A DNA stretch of 63,984 nucleotides, the filler included, from Stramenopiles sp. TOSAG23-2 (lineage: Eukaryota), in the NCBI GenBank assembly GCA_900128395.1. It is 5 parts of 5 records of this genome, joined end to end, with 100 filler letters (N's around TTAATTAATTAA, not from the genome) between each part and the next. Parts side by side here need not be neighbours in the genome. Positions count along the whole stretch, not along the records: positions 1 to 12,924 come from LT649827.1; positions 13,025 to 25,936 come from LT649828.1; 3 more parts are not named here. One strand, written 5' to 3'. The position numbers and the translations under genes were made by a program. This document shows, piece after piece, positions 11,592-24,400 of this stretch. A model generated the notes under the pieces. The model did not search any database. It was not told the origin of the DNA and was given only the letters and a program-made list of their open reading frames with translations. Each line of letters opens with the position of its first letter. The stretch's first letter is position 1.

Positions 11592-12001
11592 AAAAAACAA
11601 ATTTTGATTTGTTGTGTGTATATATATAATATATATTAATATTGACGTCCATTTGATAAATTACTTGTAACATGTTTAATCTCGTATATGTACGTATTCG
11701 TTTAGTACGACAAAGTATTTTCTTTTTCACACCGCCTCTCTTTTAATTCTCCTTTTCACACAAATCTCACGCTCTCTCTTCACTTTCCTCCCATAATGGT
11801 TATATAAACGTCTTTCTTTATTATGTACTATACGTAATTTCAAGAAATTGTTTACATTGTGTGTGTGTGATGTGTGTATAAATGCACCAAATGCATCTTA
11901 TATATATATGATAAATACTCTTGTCGCATTTCTACGATATTATCACCAACAACAACGCACAAGATACGTACATCTTTTTGTGTGTTTCACAACAACAATT
12001 T

Positions 12002-12924
12002 CTACTGTTCCTCCCATGATGGTAAACGTTTTTCATACATTGATTTTGTTCCTTCACTTGCATCTTTTGTACAAAATATTTGAATCATATTCTCTTCTGC
12101 AAGTTCATATTGTTTATTAAGATCCAAACCAATATATTTCGATGATTCAATGAAACCACGTTTACCTAATTCAATATTATATGATGTATGAATCAATTGA
12201 TTTGTTATTTGTTCTAATGTATCATCAATTGATAATAATTCATCTCCATCATCAACACTTGAGGATGATCCTTTATTCTCACTATTATTATTATTACCTT
12301 CTTCTTTACATAAATAATTAATCAAACCAACACGATATGCTTCATATGCATTGATTTTCTTACCAGTTATTAAATATTCTAATGTTTTATTGTAACCAAT
12401 ACGATTGGAGATGGAAACACTTGGCGTGCTACAAAAACGACCACGTTGACTACCTGGTATACTAAACTCCGAATTAGTAGTTGCTAAGATAATATCCGTC
12501 GATGCAATTAATTGCAATCCACCACTATAACATTTTTGATTATCTACAATTGTTATTGTTGGTTGTTTTAAATGATGTATTTTCAAATTTAATAATGTAC
12601 ATGTATGAAATATATTTTTTAAATATTGTTTATTATCTTTATCATTGTCATAATATAATGAATAATTCTGTTTCTTATCAAATAAATCATTGACATCATG
12701 CCCTGAAGAGAACCAATTAGTATTGGTGTCATTATTATTATTGCATTTTTCTGCTTTGAATATTAATGCACGTACATTCTCATTATTTTCTATTTTAGTT
12801 TCAATAGTTGAAATTAAATTATTCATTAAATGTAACGATAATGGATTTGTACGTTGGCTATTTGTTAATGTTAATGTAGCAATGTTAGTAGTTTTACATA
12901 TATTCAATTTAAATAAATTCATAT
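12002..12924 (-). CDS. Enoyl-CoA hydratase/crotonase family protein (ECHDC3-like), probably 5'-truncated at the contig end
   Basis: NPLS..LM, FSSGHD, GGLQLIASTDI, FSIPG..RGRFCSTP, A.EAYRVGLIN and EG...EKR.P.W. Confidence 0.88.
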
Positions 12925-13024
12925 NNNNNNNNNNNNNNNNNNNNNNNNNNNNNNNNNNNNNNNNNNNNTTAATTAATTAANNNNNNNNNNNNNNNNNNNN
13001 NNNNNNNNNNNNNNNNNNNNNNNN
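12925..13024. other. Artificial contig linker
   Basis: N44-TTAATTAATTAA-N44, which has stops in all six frames. Confidence 0.98.
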
Positions 13025-14073
13025 AATGAATCATTAATCGTTGATACAATACTATTACTATGATCTAATCTGTTGTTATTGTTTTCAATTGTTTCCTTTT
13101 CAAATTTATTCTCGTTGTTGTTATCATGCTCAGTTTTATTTAGATAAATATGTATTACATTGGTATTATTTAATAAAGCTTCCCATTGAGATTTATAATA
13201 TACAAAAATACTATCTAATTTCGTTTCATCGGTATTGTTATTTTTAAAAGATAATGATGGTGGAAATAAATGATAAACTTTTGATACATCCTTATGATTT
13301 ACATTAAAATATTCAATAGTTGCTTTGATACAATCAATTGATATACAACATTCAACTATAGCAGTTTTACTATCTTCACATCCAGGGTCCTCACGATCAT
13401 GCAAATTTTTGTTTTTTTCTTGTTTTTTTAATTCACAAACATATATATTAACTGGTGGTAAAAAAGGTGTTGTAAGAGGTAAATTTAAGTTTTTGATTGA
13501 AGTCGCATCTGCCGTATCTTTTTTGTATTTTTTTCTCAATGGTTCTCCTTCGTTTTTCTCTTTTCTATTGCGGTCATTGATTATACTACCAATGGTCACA
13601 ACTATAATTTCGACGAAATCGTCAGAATGAACGATCAAAGGCTCGCTATTTATGGGAACGTCACCAATAATATTTACTTTGGGCCAATTATTTGGAAAAA
13701 ATGGTCGGCAAGAATTAACATATTCACAGGTACCAACAGGTCCATGTACCATCAAACTTTCACTTCCAACACCACCAAGACCTAAAACAAGGCCAGATAA
13801 CCCTAGATACCGATCTGTACACATGGATGTAAAAAATAGCTGTCCAATATGTTTCAACTTTACCTTTTTTTCTTTGAAACTTCTTTGTAAACCTTCTGAT
13901 GAATTAAATAGATATCCTTGTACACGTTTTACCTCCCCACCTAGTGCTTGGCGTTTGTAAATTGAAATTAAAATTGTTGGGCCAGTTCCATATTTTCCAC
14001 TGGTAATAACTTCGCTTTGTACTGTTGCCATGGCACCATGAGGTGATAAATATTTTGATACTATGTTTTTCAA
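13025..14073 (-). CDS. tRNase Z (ELAC2/Trz1-like) N-terminal fragment, 3'-truncated; the first ATG is at 14031
   Basis: YLFNSSEGLQR...KVKL..I..LFFT...GLSGLVL...VHGP matches the tRNase ZL N-terminal pseudo-motif region. Confidence 0.75.
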
Positions 14074-14546
14074 TGTAATATATTATATTTCATTCAATTT
14101 AAAAAAAATAAATATATTAGTCGTCGAAAATTAATGATTTGTTGCATGTAGTGGTCGTCTATTATTATTACTATGTATGTGAAATAATTGTATTATTAAT
14201 ATTAATACAACAATATATTCAAATATATTATTATGTGTATGATTTACTTTTACTCTCTCCACTATATATATATTATTTATTTTTTCTAATTATAATAAAT
14301 TATTCAATCTGGCAATAGTAGGGTGCTAGGTGTGCGTAGGAATAATTATTATTATTAAGCAACCACCTGGCCAGGCTGGCAACAACTGATGTGCACATGT
14401 GTGTGGTGCACATATTATTAAAATTAAAATATACATATTATTGTATTAGATATTAGTATATTACTATTTACACAGTATATCTTTTATAATTTTTCCATAA
14501 GAATAAATAAATTCTAAATGTAGAGAGAAGGAGAAATAAATAGAAC

Positions 14547-15884
14547 ATGTGCAAAATGGCTCTGTTTTTGAACATATATTGTTCCGTATTTATCCTGGTG
14601 AACTACTATGTGAATGCAAATGACAATGATGGTAAATTTGATATTAAAATTGTAGAAGGATTACCAAAGAAAAAAAATACATATTCACATTCATCTACGC
14701 CAGTATTGCCAACTCCATCTAGAAAGCCACATACGATAAGCCCGTCAACTCCTTCTGATTTTTTGCATCTTGATGGCAAATGTTTTTCTGAGAATATTGG
14801 AAGGTATGAATATAAAGTTTGTCCATTTAGAAATATAACACAGCTTGACAAGCAAACAACGTGGAATCCATTCTATGGTATATTAGGCTTATGGGGTAAC
14901 TGGAAAGATGAAGATATTGAAAATAGCGAGGATGCGTTTAAAGTCCAAGTTTATAATGATGGTACACCTTGCGGTGGTAACATTAAACGCAAAGTACAGG
15001 TCAATTTGGTATGCAGTGAAAGATATACGATATCAAACGTTGAGGAACCACATACGTGTGACTATACATTGACATTTGCACTTCCAGAATCTTGCAATTT
15101 AACACAATCGACATCAGCAATTAACGAAACTATAATAGTCAGCAATGATAGTGAAGAAAATAATATTGAAAATGATGAAAATGGAGATGATAATAATAAT
15201 ATTGACGCGAGCACTGGCAATAATATAGGGATAAATAATATAGAAAATGATGAAAATGGAGATGATAATAATAATATTGACGCGAGCAATGGCAATAATA
15301 ATAAGGATGATGATAATAATAATAATGGTAATGAAAATGAAAAACAAGATAATAATTATAACGATAGTGAGGAGGTGGATATAATTGAATTTGAAAGTGA
15401 TGTGGGGATTATGTATGAACTTACCCCTCAATCAAACGTAGAAAATATACAAACACCTTGGTCTAGTTTTAAAGAGGCACAAATTGTTCAAATTGATGGC
15501 GATGGTGACTGTGGCTATGAAAGTGTATCATATGCACTGAAGGACTTATATAAAAAGAAAAACAAAGATATTCCAACTGGTTCAGAATTACGTCAATTAG
15601 TCGGTCTCAATCCGCTTAAACCACCCAATTTAAATAAGGCTACATTTGAGAAAGCTCGTAAACGCAGTAAAAACAATGAATGGGCAGAGAATGACGAATT
15701 AGCAATACTTGCTTATCTATATAATACTTGCATTGTTGTTTACCAATCTGGTGTTTCAGCTACTTTTGATCGATGGTCTATCATCATGCCTGATGTCAAT
15801 GAGTGTGAAAAAGATCAAACGATATATTTATATAACACAAAACGTTTGCATTTTGACGTCCTGGTTAATTTAAAGCCCGTGTAA
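14547..15884 (+). CDS. Signal peptide + MRH domain (GlcNAc-1-phosphotransferase gamma-like) + Asn/Asp linker + OTU-like cysteine protease domain
   Basis: GKCFS...YEYKVCPFRNITQ...WNPFYGILGLW...DGTPC...R..V.L.C...EP.TC.Y is GNPTG/PRKCSH-like. DGDGDC...WAENDE...HFD is the OTU catalytic pattern. Confidence 0.8.
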   Translation: MCKMALFLNIYCSVFILVNYYVNANDNDGKFDIKIVEGLPKKKNTYSHSSTPVLPTPSRKPHTISPSTPSDFLHLDGKCFSENIGRYEYKVCPFRNITQLDKQTTWNPFYGILGLWGNWKDEDIENSEDAFKVQVYNDGTPCGGNIKRKVQVNLVCSERYTISNVEEPHTCDYTLTFALPESCNLTQSTSAINETIIVSNDSEENNIENDENGDDNNNIDASTGNNIGINNIENDENGDDNNNIDASNGNNNKDDDNNNNGNENEKQDNNYNDSEEVDIIEFESDVGIMYELTPQSNVENIQTPWSSFKEAQIVQIDGDGDCGYESVSYALKDLYKKKNKDIPTGSELRQLVGLNPLKPPNLNKATFEKARKRSKNNEWAENDELAILAYLYNTCIVVYQSGVSATFDRWSIIMPDVNECEKDQTIYLYNTKRLHFDVLVNLKPV

Positions 15885-16549
15885 AATAAAAATGGATATA
15901 AATAAAATATTTGTTGAATCATTTTCTGTACGTTTGGTATAACACAGTGTACAACACAACATACATTGCATATTTATATATTACTTCGTATATTTTATTT
16001 ATATATATATATATATATAAATAAATACTTGTAAAATATTAAAAATACTTTTTTAATCAGTATTATATGCATAATAGTACTCTGTCATGAGCAGTATTCA
16101 GTATTTCACTAATAGCTACGTACCACGTGTATTATATTACAGTATAATATAAGACTGTGATGCACCTATAATAATACAGTAGCTATTATTAATTTATTAT
16201 ATATAATATTAGTATCACCACATCACACCACCAGCTTTTTTTTTCACACCACCAGCTTTTTTTTCACACCACCTGCATGCTGGTATGCTCTGGGCCAGCC
16301 AGGCCTTCCGGCCTTCTCTGGACACCAGAGGCATTTCCTGGTCCAAATCTACGTTTTCCCATGAAAGCTAAGCCAGGCCAGCTGCTATACTAATACTCGA
16401 AATAACGTACATCTTTTTTTCTTCTATTAATTATTAATTATATTTATACTACTGTTACACTTTACACTTTTTATTCACATGTATGCATATATAATGTACA
16501 TGTACATAAAATTACATTGTTGCACTAACCACGTGTAAATAAGTGCATC

Positions 16550-19500
16550 ATGCCCATCAAACGAGGGAAGAAGCAGAAAAAGAAGAAGAAAAAAGCATTT
16601 CTTAAAGCTGTCGATGACTTTGTCACTTCGAATACAGTAGAAAAATTCGATGTTTTAATTCGAATCTGTGAAGAAGCGAAAGAAAGATTTTTGATTGAGT
16701 TACTAGATAAATATCAATGTTCAAATGAACAAATGATAGAGATTTTCGTCTCCAAACATCCCGCGTTTGCTTTAGCTCGGTTTTGTGCTGTCCTGAAAAA
16801 AAATACATTAGCTGCTGTCCTCTTGTCTAAATCCCACGAGTTATTTCAAGCGTTAGCTGATGATTGGGAGCATCCTGAAGAAATAACAGATAAAGAAGCA
16901 AAAGTAAAAAAAGCGTTTGAAACCATAAAAAAGAAAGACGTCATCAAGGCTATCATTGAAAACGTAAACAATATCAATGTTGTAACACGGCATATCGTTG
17001 CAAGGTTCATCCTATTGAGGTTAGAGAATGGCGATTTATCACAAACTGACAGTTTGTCTTTTACATTAACAAGAAAACTAGGAGAAAATCATGCAATATT
17101 ATCGTCTTGGGTTAAATTCTGTAGGAACGATGACCAAAGCCCACTTGGTGTCACAACCATGAGAGGGTTATTCTTGTTAGCCAGAGATAAGGTATTGAAG
17201 GAAACAATATGTGATATTGGTGGTGTAGAGGGTTTCATAACTAGATATGATCGACAAAGTGAACGAATATTTAATCTAAGAAAAATTGCAGCTGAGAAAC
17301 AAATTATTAAAGATAAAGCAATTGCAACTTCAAACAAACGTAGAAAACAGTTATTAGTAACAAAGGAAATACTATCTGACGCTGAAACAGAAGCAATGCG
17401 AGGATTAAAGGAGGCCAAATTACAAGTGAAAAAAATCAAAATGACATTGAAAAAAGAAGAAAAGTTGTATAAAGATGGAGCAGAGGCAGAGCAAAGTGCT
17501 ACTTCTATATCTGCCGATGCTGATTTAGCAGTAAAAATGGCAATTGAACAATTTATCATCATCATTCGCTGTATAGGCATGCTGGTATTAAATAGACCGG
17601 AGTTACAGTCTTTGGTATTAGAATATGAAATATTTCTAGATATTTTAGAAATTATACGTGTTGAGTCGGATGATTTGCAAAAATACGCATTAGAAACTCT
17701 AGGTGCATGTGCAGATAAATCTACAGATTGCCAAGTTGAGTTAAGAAAAGCTAGAGGCCTGGAAACTGTCTTGGCTCAATTAAATGATAAAGAAAAGTCA
17801 CCCAGTTACCGTGTTTTAGCATCTAATGTTTTATACCAATGTATCGATGGAAATAGTGAAAGTGGTGATTATGTATGCGAATTAGGTATATTGCCTGGTT
17901 TGTGCCAAATGTTACATACGTTACATGAAAATATCCATAAGCATGAGAAACGTGTCATGGAAAAAGCAGATGATGGCGATAGTGATGACATGATGGAGGA
18001 GAAAGAAGGAGGTGATCCTTTAGAAAGTGTAGAATGTGGCGTACGGATCCTAATGACTTGCGCTACATCCAATGAAAAAAATCGTAATCAAATCTTATCT
18101 CAAAACGTTGTATTGCCATTGTTAGCCTTGACCAAATCTTCAATAGTAAGCATTGTTTTAGTCTCTACGCAATGTCTAGTAAATTTATTGGATGGGAGTT
18201 CATCTACACAGCAAGTATTAGTCGATAACGATGGAATTTCAACATTGTTAGCTTTGTTACAGCGATTTGATGAAAATACAAATTTAACAATTGTGCGGTG
18301 TGCAGCTAAAGCGTTATATGTTGCTATTGAAAAACATTCGGAAGCACAACTAATGGCGCGTGATGTTGGATGTATTGAGTGTATTTCAAATATATTGAAA
18401 ACCACTTCTCTTGATGAACTACGTATGGACATGAATAAATTGATAGCCGTGGCGACTGATTCATGTGAAGAGAATCAAAATGAAATATTGCATTTGGACA
18501 CTTTAAAATCGATTGTCGTATGTTGTGCTCATAGTTTCGGTACATCAGAATCACGTGCAGCTGCTGCGTGGGCATACGGTTGTGCAGTGGAGAAACATGT
18601 TGCTTTAAAGTTAGACGGGTGTCGTATTGGCGCCCCAACGACTTTAGTAGAATTGATTTCGGAAGGATTGGCTGAGGAGAGAACTTCCGCCGCTATTGGT
18701 TTATCAAAAGCGATGGAAGATGATTTATTATCAAAAGATTTAACATTAAAAAGCAATGGTATGTATGAGTTAATTCGTTTATTAAAAGCAGATTCTGAAA
18801 ATGAAAGATGCGCTGCTACTGTGGCCCTCTTAAATTTATGTAGAAACAGTAACCATTGCGTGCAAAAATTTCGTAATGCGAACGGTTTGGAACCGCTTGT
18901 AGATATGTTAAATGTAAAAGAAAGGAGTTTAAGAGAAAGAATAGCATGTGTTAAATGCCTTACGGTTTTGATTATTGGTAGCGTGGAAAATAAAGAGAAA
19001 ATATCTGCATATGGTGGGATACCCGCTCTAGTGCAAATTTTATTACATGGTGAAACGGAAAATTGCGTTCAGTTTGCATTGATATACATAACACGATGGG
19101 CTTTTGTTAGGGATGGGCAAGACGAATTGAGAGAGGAAAAACAAGGAATCATTCCGCGCATAGTTGAACTAGTAAAAAGTACAAATGAATTGACGCAACG
19201 TACTGCATGCCATTGTGCATATCAAATCTCCAAAGGAAATCTTGAGAATCAATCTTTGTTAATACAAGGAGGAATTGTTCCATTGTTAGTATCCATGGTA
19301 AGACCTCCGATGAGTGTTGGTCCACAAACTGCTTCTTGGTGTATAGCTGCACTGGGTGAGATTGCACAGGATGATGGAAGTCGTGACGTATTAAGGAACG
19401 AGGGGGCAGCAGCATGTTTAATGGATCTAGGTACAAGAGCGGAAAATGAATATTTAAGAAGAAGTGCTAGCGAAGTTTATGCGGCATGCACAACACCAGG

Positions 19501-20008
19501 TTGGACATTTGCTGACGGTACACCTGAATTCGATTCACAACTTTCTATATCGAGTATATCTAGCAAACCATGGATACATGGATTGCAGAGTAAATCACGC
19601 TTGAAGGAATTGCTTAAAATTAATGAAAACACAGATGAAGATGAAGAAGGAATTGTTGGTTTAACTGGTTTCGGGGATGAATTTTTAATTTCGATTGAGC
19701 CACCTCCATCAATGACACAACCAAAAAATTCAGATCCTAACGTTCGACCAAGCAAAATACCAAAATATTATAGATCTACATATTGTGGAAAAGATTACAA
19801 AAGGCAAGAGGATATAAATGCAGCTGAAGTTCGAATTTTTAGAAGTAATAATAGCATTTCTGCTCGAGGCAGTATCAGTAGCAGTAGCAGTAGTAGCAAT
19901 AATAGCAGCCATGGCAAACGTAATACAACACCAAATAGTAAAAACAAAAATAATACTAGCAATATTGTTGTCAATAAAACTAAATCGCCATACTTAGTTT
20001 CCGCTTAA
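16550..20008 (+). CDS. Large armadillo-repeat protein
   Basis: 1152-aa ORF with repeated GGIPALVQIL, GGIVPLLVSM and NGLEPLVDML ARM-type motifs, and a low-complexity C-terminus. Confidence 0.85.
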   Translation: MPIKRGKKQKKKKKKAFLKAVDDFVTSNTVEKFDVLIRICEEAKERFLIELLDKYQCSNEQMIEIFVSKHPAFALARFCAVLKKNTLAAVLLSKSHELFQALADDWEHPEEITDKEAKVKKAFETIKKKDVIKAIIENVNNINVVTRHIVARFILLRLENGDLSQTDSLSFTLTRKLGENHAILSSWVKFCRNDDQSPLGVTTMRGLFLLARDKVLKETICDIGGVEGFITRYDRQSERIFNLRKIAAEKQIIKDKAIATSNKRRKQLLVTKEILSDAETEAMRGLKEAKLQVKKIKMTLKKEEKLYKDGAEAEQSATSISADADLAVKMAIEQFIIIIRCIGMLVLNRPELQSLVLEYEIFLDILEIIRVESDDLQKYALETLGACADKSTDCQVELRKARGLETVLAQLNDKEKSPSYRVLASNVLYQCIDGNSESGDYVCELGILPGLCQMLHTLHENIHKHEKRVMEKADDGDSDDMMEEKEGGDPLESVECGVRILMTCATSNEKNRNQILSQNVVLPLLALTKSSIVSIVLVSTQCLVNLLDGSSSTQQVLVDNDGISTLLALLQRFDENTNLTIVRCAAKALYVAIEKHSEAQLMARDVGCIECISNILKTTSLDELRMDMNKLIAVATDSCEENQNEILHLDTLKSIVVCCAHSFGTSESRAAAAWAYGCAVEKHVALKLDGCRIGAPTTLVELISEGLAEERTSAAIGLSKAMEDDLLSKDLTLKSNGMYELIRLLKADSENERCAATVALLNLCRNSNHCVQKFRNANGLEPLVDMLNVKERSLRERIACVKCLTVLIIGSVENKEKISAYGGIPALVQILLHGETENCVQFALIYITRWAFVRDGQDELREEKQGIIPRIVELVKSTNELTQRTACHCAYQISKGNLENQSLLIQGGIVPLLVSMVRPPMSVGPQTASWCIAALGEIAQDDGSRDVLRNEGAAACLMDLGTRAENEYLRRSASEVYAACTTPGWTFADGTPEFDSQLSISSISSKPWIHGLQSKSRLKELLKINENTDEDEEGIVGLTGFGDEFLISIEPPPSMTQPKNSDPNVRPSKIPKYYRSTYCGKDYKRQEDINAAEVRIFRSNNSISARGSISSSSSSSNNSSHGKRNTTPNSKNKNNTSNIVVNKTKSPYLVSA

Positions 20009-20243
20009 ATTTTTCTCTAAAAGATAACATATATCATATGTTATATGAGTGTATCTGGAAAAATGTATAATATAATATACATCTAAATTTATCAACTATA
20101 TATACGAACGTATATATATATAATGTAATGTATTACAATTTTATACGTAGTATTATACGAACACTCGTCCCTCTATTTTATCAAAATAAATATGACAAAA
20201 TTTAAAAAATATATATTTACAAACTTTGACCACCATTCTGTAT

Positions 20244-20570
20244 TTATTCTGTCATCATCTCTTGAAGCTTGTCATGTGTACTTCGTTGTTTTTCTATACT
20301 TTTTTCAACATATATTACATTTCTCAAAAATTCCAGCTGTTTCTTTTCTGGGTGTTGCTTTGGTGATATCTCCTCGTTTAAAATCTGTTGGAGTATTATT
20401 TTTTCAAATTCTTTCAAATTTCTTGATAAATAAATTGTCTCTTCCGTAACTTTTTTATTAAATGTCCAATGCCGACTATTGTTATATTTTTTTGGCGAGG
20501 ACGAAGAAGACGAAGACGAAGATGTTGAATTTACCCGTGGCATCTTGATAGTGGTTGTTATTGTTTTCAT
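20244..20570 (-). CDS. Small hypothetical protein
   Basis: 108-aa ORF with a Ser tract and charged helical composition, divergent from the kinesin gene. No family recognised. Confidence 0.45.
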   Translation of the reverse strand: MKTITTTIKMPRVNSTSSSSSSSSSPKKYNNSRHWTFNKKVTEETIYLSRNLKEFEKIILQQILNEEISPKQHPEKKQLEFLRNVIYVEKSIEKQRSTHDKLQEMMTE

Positions 20571-21469
20571 TGTTTGTGTAGAAAGAATTATTCAGGTCGT
20601 CATCTAAATTATATTTATTTGTATTGTATTTTAAAAAAACAACTACTTGCTACTGTGAGATGGAAAGTTTAGTTGCATGCTTTATTATTACCAGCAACAG
20701 TTCAGAGGTTTAGCATCTTTACCAGTTTACAGTGTATTATTGTACCTTCTTACCAGGTAATAGTCGTCTACTACAGTATATACCAGGTTTTATAGATGTA
20801 GTATTTTTTAAAACGATCTAGATCACTCCATGCTATTTCCATACTAATTGAGATATTAAACAAATTTAATTTTCTTCTTTTTTCTCTTTTTTCTCTTTCT
20901 CGTTCTAAACGATCTGTAATGTAAAGTTGTTAATTGATGTTAATTACATCCATTATATTACGTTTTGTTATATATTTATATATATATATATACATAAATA
21001 TATAAATAGTATGTACAAAAATCACTAAACATGTACATATGTAAAATCCTACACCAGGATAGTAGTCGAGTACACAGTTCAATAATTCTAAAAATAAATA
21101 CTGCAATGTGTACGTGCTATTTGGCCCGTCAAAAACACGAAAATAGCAGGTACATAGGATTAAAATTGAAAAATGCCTTCCCACACCATTATTACTGTGC
21201 CTGCCGTTATTTCATTATATTTATTACAGTTCGAAGTGCAGTACCACCAGGGTACATATTTCAATCATCAGAAAACTCTGATTCAATTGTTACTGTACTA
21301 ATGAGTACGTAGTACGCACGTACCACAGTTTAATAAAAAAAATATTTAATAATATATTCAAAGAAAATGGAAACAAAAATCATACAGAAATAATTAAGAC
21401 AATCATTATATTTATCATTCATTCTCATATTATAGGAAGGAACGAACGAGCACACATTAAATACAAGCG

Positions 21470-24400
21470 ATGGGTGCTGCAGAATCAAATCCAGTCAGAA
21501 ATTTAGACAAGCGTACTGCAAGACGAACTTATCGTGATGCTTTTAGAGGTGCCGTAAAACGTTACAGAACATCAGCAAGAGTTGCAGAACAATGGGCATA
21601 TCTAGGCGAGGAAGGTGAAAAAGAATGGGACGAAGGTGCGTTAAAGGTTTGTGTCAGAAAAAGACCGATCTTTAAGCCTGAAATACAAGGAAAAGAATTC
21701 GATGTGTTGACGGTGACACACAATAAATTAATCACTGTACATGATGCACGAATGCATGCAGATATGCGTCGACAGTTAATGAATCATCATGAATTTATTT
21801 TTGACCGTGTTTTTACTGCAAAAGCTAATAATGATGAAGTGTACCTAGATACTGCTGCACCATTGGTAAAAGTAGCATTAGAAGGGGGATTTGCAACTTG
21901 TTTAATGTATGGTCAAACAGGTAGCGGAAAAACGTATACAATGACCTCTATCTATGAACGTGCTGCGTTTGAATTGTTTGATTCTTTAAAGGAAGGTCAA
22001 ACTGTTTCTGTTTCTTTCGTTGAAATTGCTGGTGATAAATGCAATGATTTATTTAATGGTTTTAAGTCGACACAGCTATTGACTGGGAAGGATGAGAGTG
22101 TACATGCATTTCCAGTGGTTGAACCTGTAGTTGCAAATGCTGATGATTTATTGGCCATGATCAATCACGGATGTGGAATTCGTACAACAGAAGCAACTGG
22201 TGTTCACGATGCTTCTAGCAGAAGCCATGCTATTTTGCGTATATACATTCAAAGTGGTGGTGGAGGAGGAGGTTTCCCAGGCAACCGTGAGGAAGAAGGC
22301 GTCTTGACCTTAGTAGATTTAGCAGGATCAGAACATCGTATAGATTCGATGTATCATACTGCTAAATTGCGAAAGGAGGGTGGTCAAATCAACGCATCGT
22401 TGATGGCGTTGAAGCAATGTGTACATGCAAAAGCAGCCGGGAAAAATGCTAGTCACATATATAGAAAAAGTAAGCTTACTATGGCATTAAAAATGTCATT
22501 TATTCTTCCATCCGCAAAAACTGTTGTAATAGCCACAGTAAGTCCATCTAGTAAAGATACGGAACATTCTTTAAATACGTTGCGCCATGCTTGTGTAATG
22601 GATGGGCAATCAAAAAAAGAGACTAACAAAGAGTCAAAAAGTTCCCATATTGAAGGTGGAAATGTACGGACGGTGCGTGTTGGTGTAGTTCAAGTTTCAA
22701 AAGAAGCTAGGAAAATGAAAGTAATGAATGCTCGAGAGAAAGATAAATTGCTTAGTAATGGTAATACATTTGGCCATGGAGCGGCCCATACTGAATGGGC
22801 GAAAGCACCTACTGAAAAAGAAATTGAAAAGCAGCATCGCTTATCGGAACGGGCGGCGTTTAAGAGACTAGCAACAAAGCATAAAGAATTGTTGAAAAAA
22901 TTTCGTGGTCGCCTTGGACGAGATCCAAGGCAAGAGAAACGATTGCAAACATATCCACAGGAAAATATAGCTTGGTGGGGTAACAAGGAGGAAAACAATA
23001 ATAATAATGTATCGTCTGTAGATCAGCAATGGGTTGAAGCTGATATACATCAACTAATTGAAAATGATTCTCATCGACAAGGAAGAATGGTATTTCAAAA
23101 TAATAGAAATAGCAACAACAAGAAAAAACTTCCATTGGCACCACCTCATGTGTATAGAAAATTGAAATCAATTATATTCAATGATGTAAGCTTACATATT
23201 AATGTTAAAAAACGACAATTGAAAAAATTGTTGAAAAAGAAAGGCTACTCATCGGATGTTCCTGAATTGAGAAGAGATTACGTAGCAGATGTAGACGATG
23301 ATAATACTTATGATGATGATTACAACAATGTTCAAACTCAAAATGATATAGTAGAAGAACATATACATTCCAACAATAATGATAGTAATATGAAAATCAA
23401 TTCTCGCTCTTTCAATGTGCAAAATATAACATTACCAAGTTCACAAAATAATTACAATGCAGGTGAAGCATTTATACCGTCAGAAGATTTTACTGGTTTA
23501 AAAGATGGTTATGCATTTAAGAATGGGCACTTAGGCGTTGGTTATTATCTTGAAGGTTCATCGAATAATAATAACAACAATAATAATGGTAGTAGCAATA
23601 ATACGGGTATTGATTATGTCAACGTTGTAGAGGAAGATCTTCCATATGGTGGAGATATAAATGAAGCTATGCGATTGCAAGATCGCGATGCTGTACGTAA
23701 AATAATGGCAACCCGCAGTGATTATCGTTCAGATAGTAGGAATTCAGATGTTTCAAGCGGAAACAAGGAAAATGGTACAGCTTCTCACACAGCCACACGG
23801 CAACAAGCATCGTTATTTAAACAAGTGAATAAAAAACCTGCAAAGTCACGACATCAATTAGCGAGGGAAAGGCGACAAAAACAAATTGAAAAAGAGCAAG
23901 CTGCCCTTAGGAAGAAGCAATCTTCAAGTAGAAGTGGAGGGGGTGGGTCACTTCATGATGAAATAGAGGCGTTAGAGATTGAAATTGCAAATGCTACTAC
24001 TGCTGCATCAAAAGTTGGTTTGAAAAAACGATTAGCTCAGAAAAAAGCTGTTTTAATTCGGCAAGAAAGAAAAGCTGGTCAAGCAAGAAGAGAAGCAGAA
24101 AGAGCAGCTGAAGCAGAAAGGCGTAGGAAGAAACAATTGGAAAAATTGCAATTAGAAAGTGATGATGGTAATAATATGATGAACAATGAACAGGTTTCTC
24201 CTTTATCGCGTGCAGTTGCTAATCATGATTCGATGATGCAGCAACAACAGTATAATCTTCCACCACAAAAATACCAACAAGGTTATGCACCACAACAATG
24301 TCAACAACAATTACAACCTCCTCCACAATACCAGTATAATCAGGAACAACAACAACAATATCAATATGGGAAGCAACAGGATTATGGACAACAGCAGCAG

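Noticed and set aside
7751-14073. tRNA-processing cluster (PPR-TrmB plus tRNase Z)
   Set aside because: The two genes are on different contigs separated by a linker.
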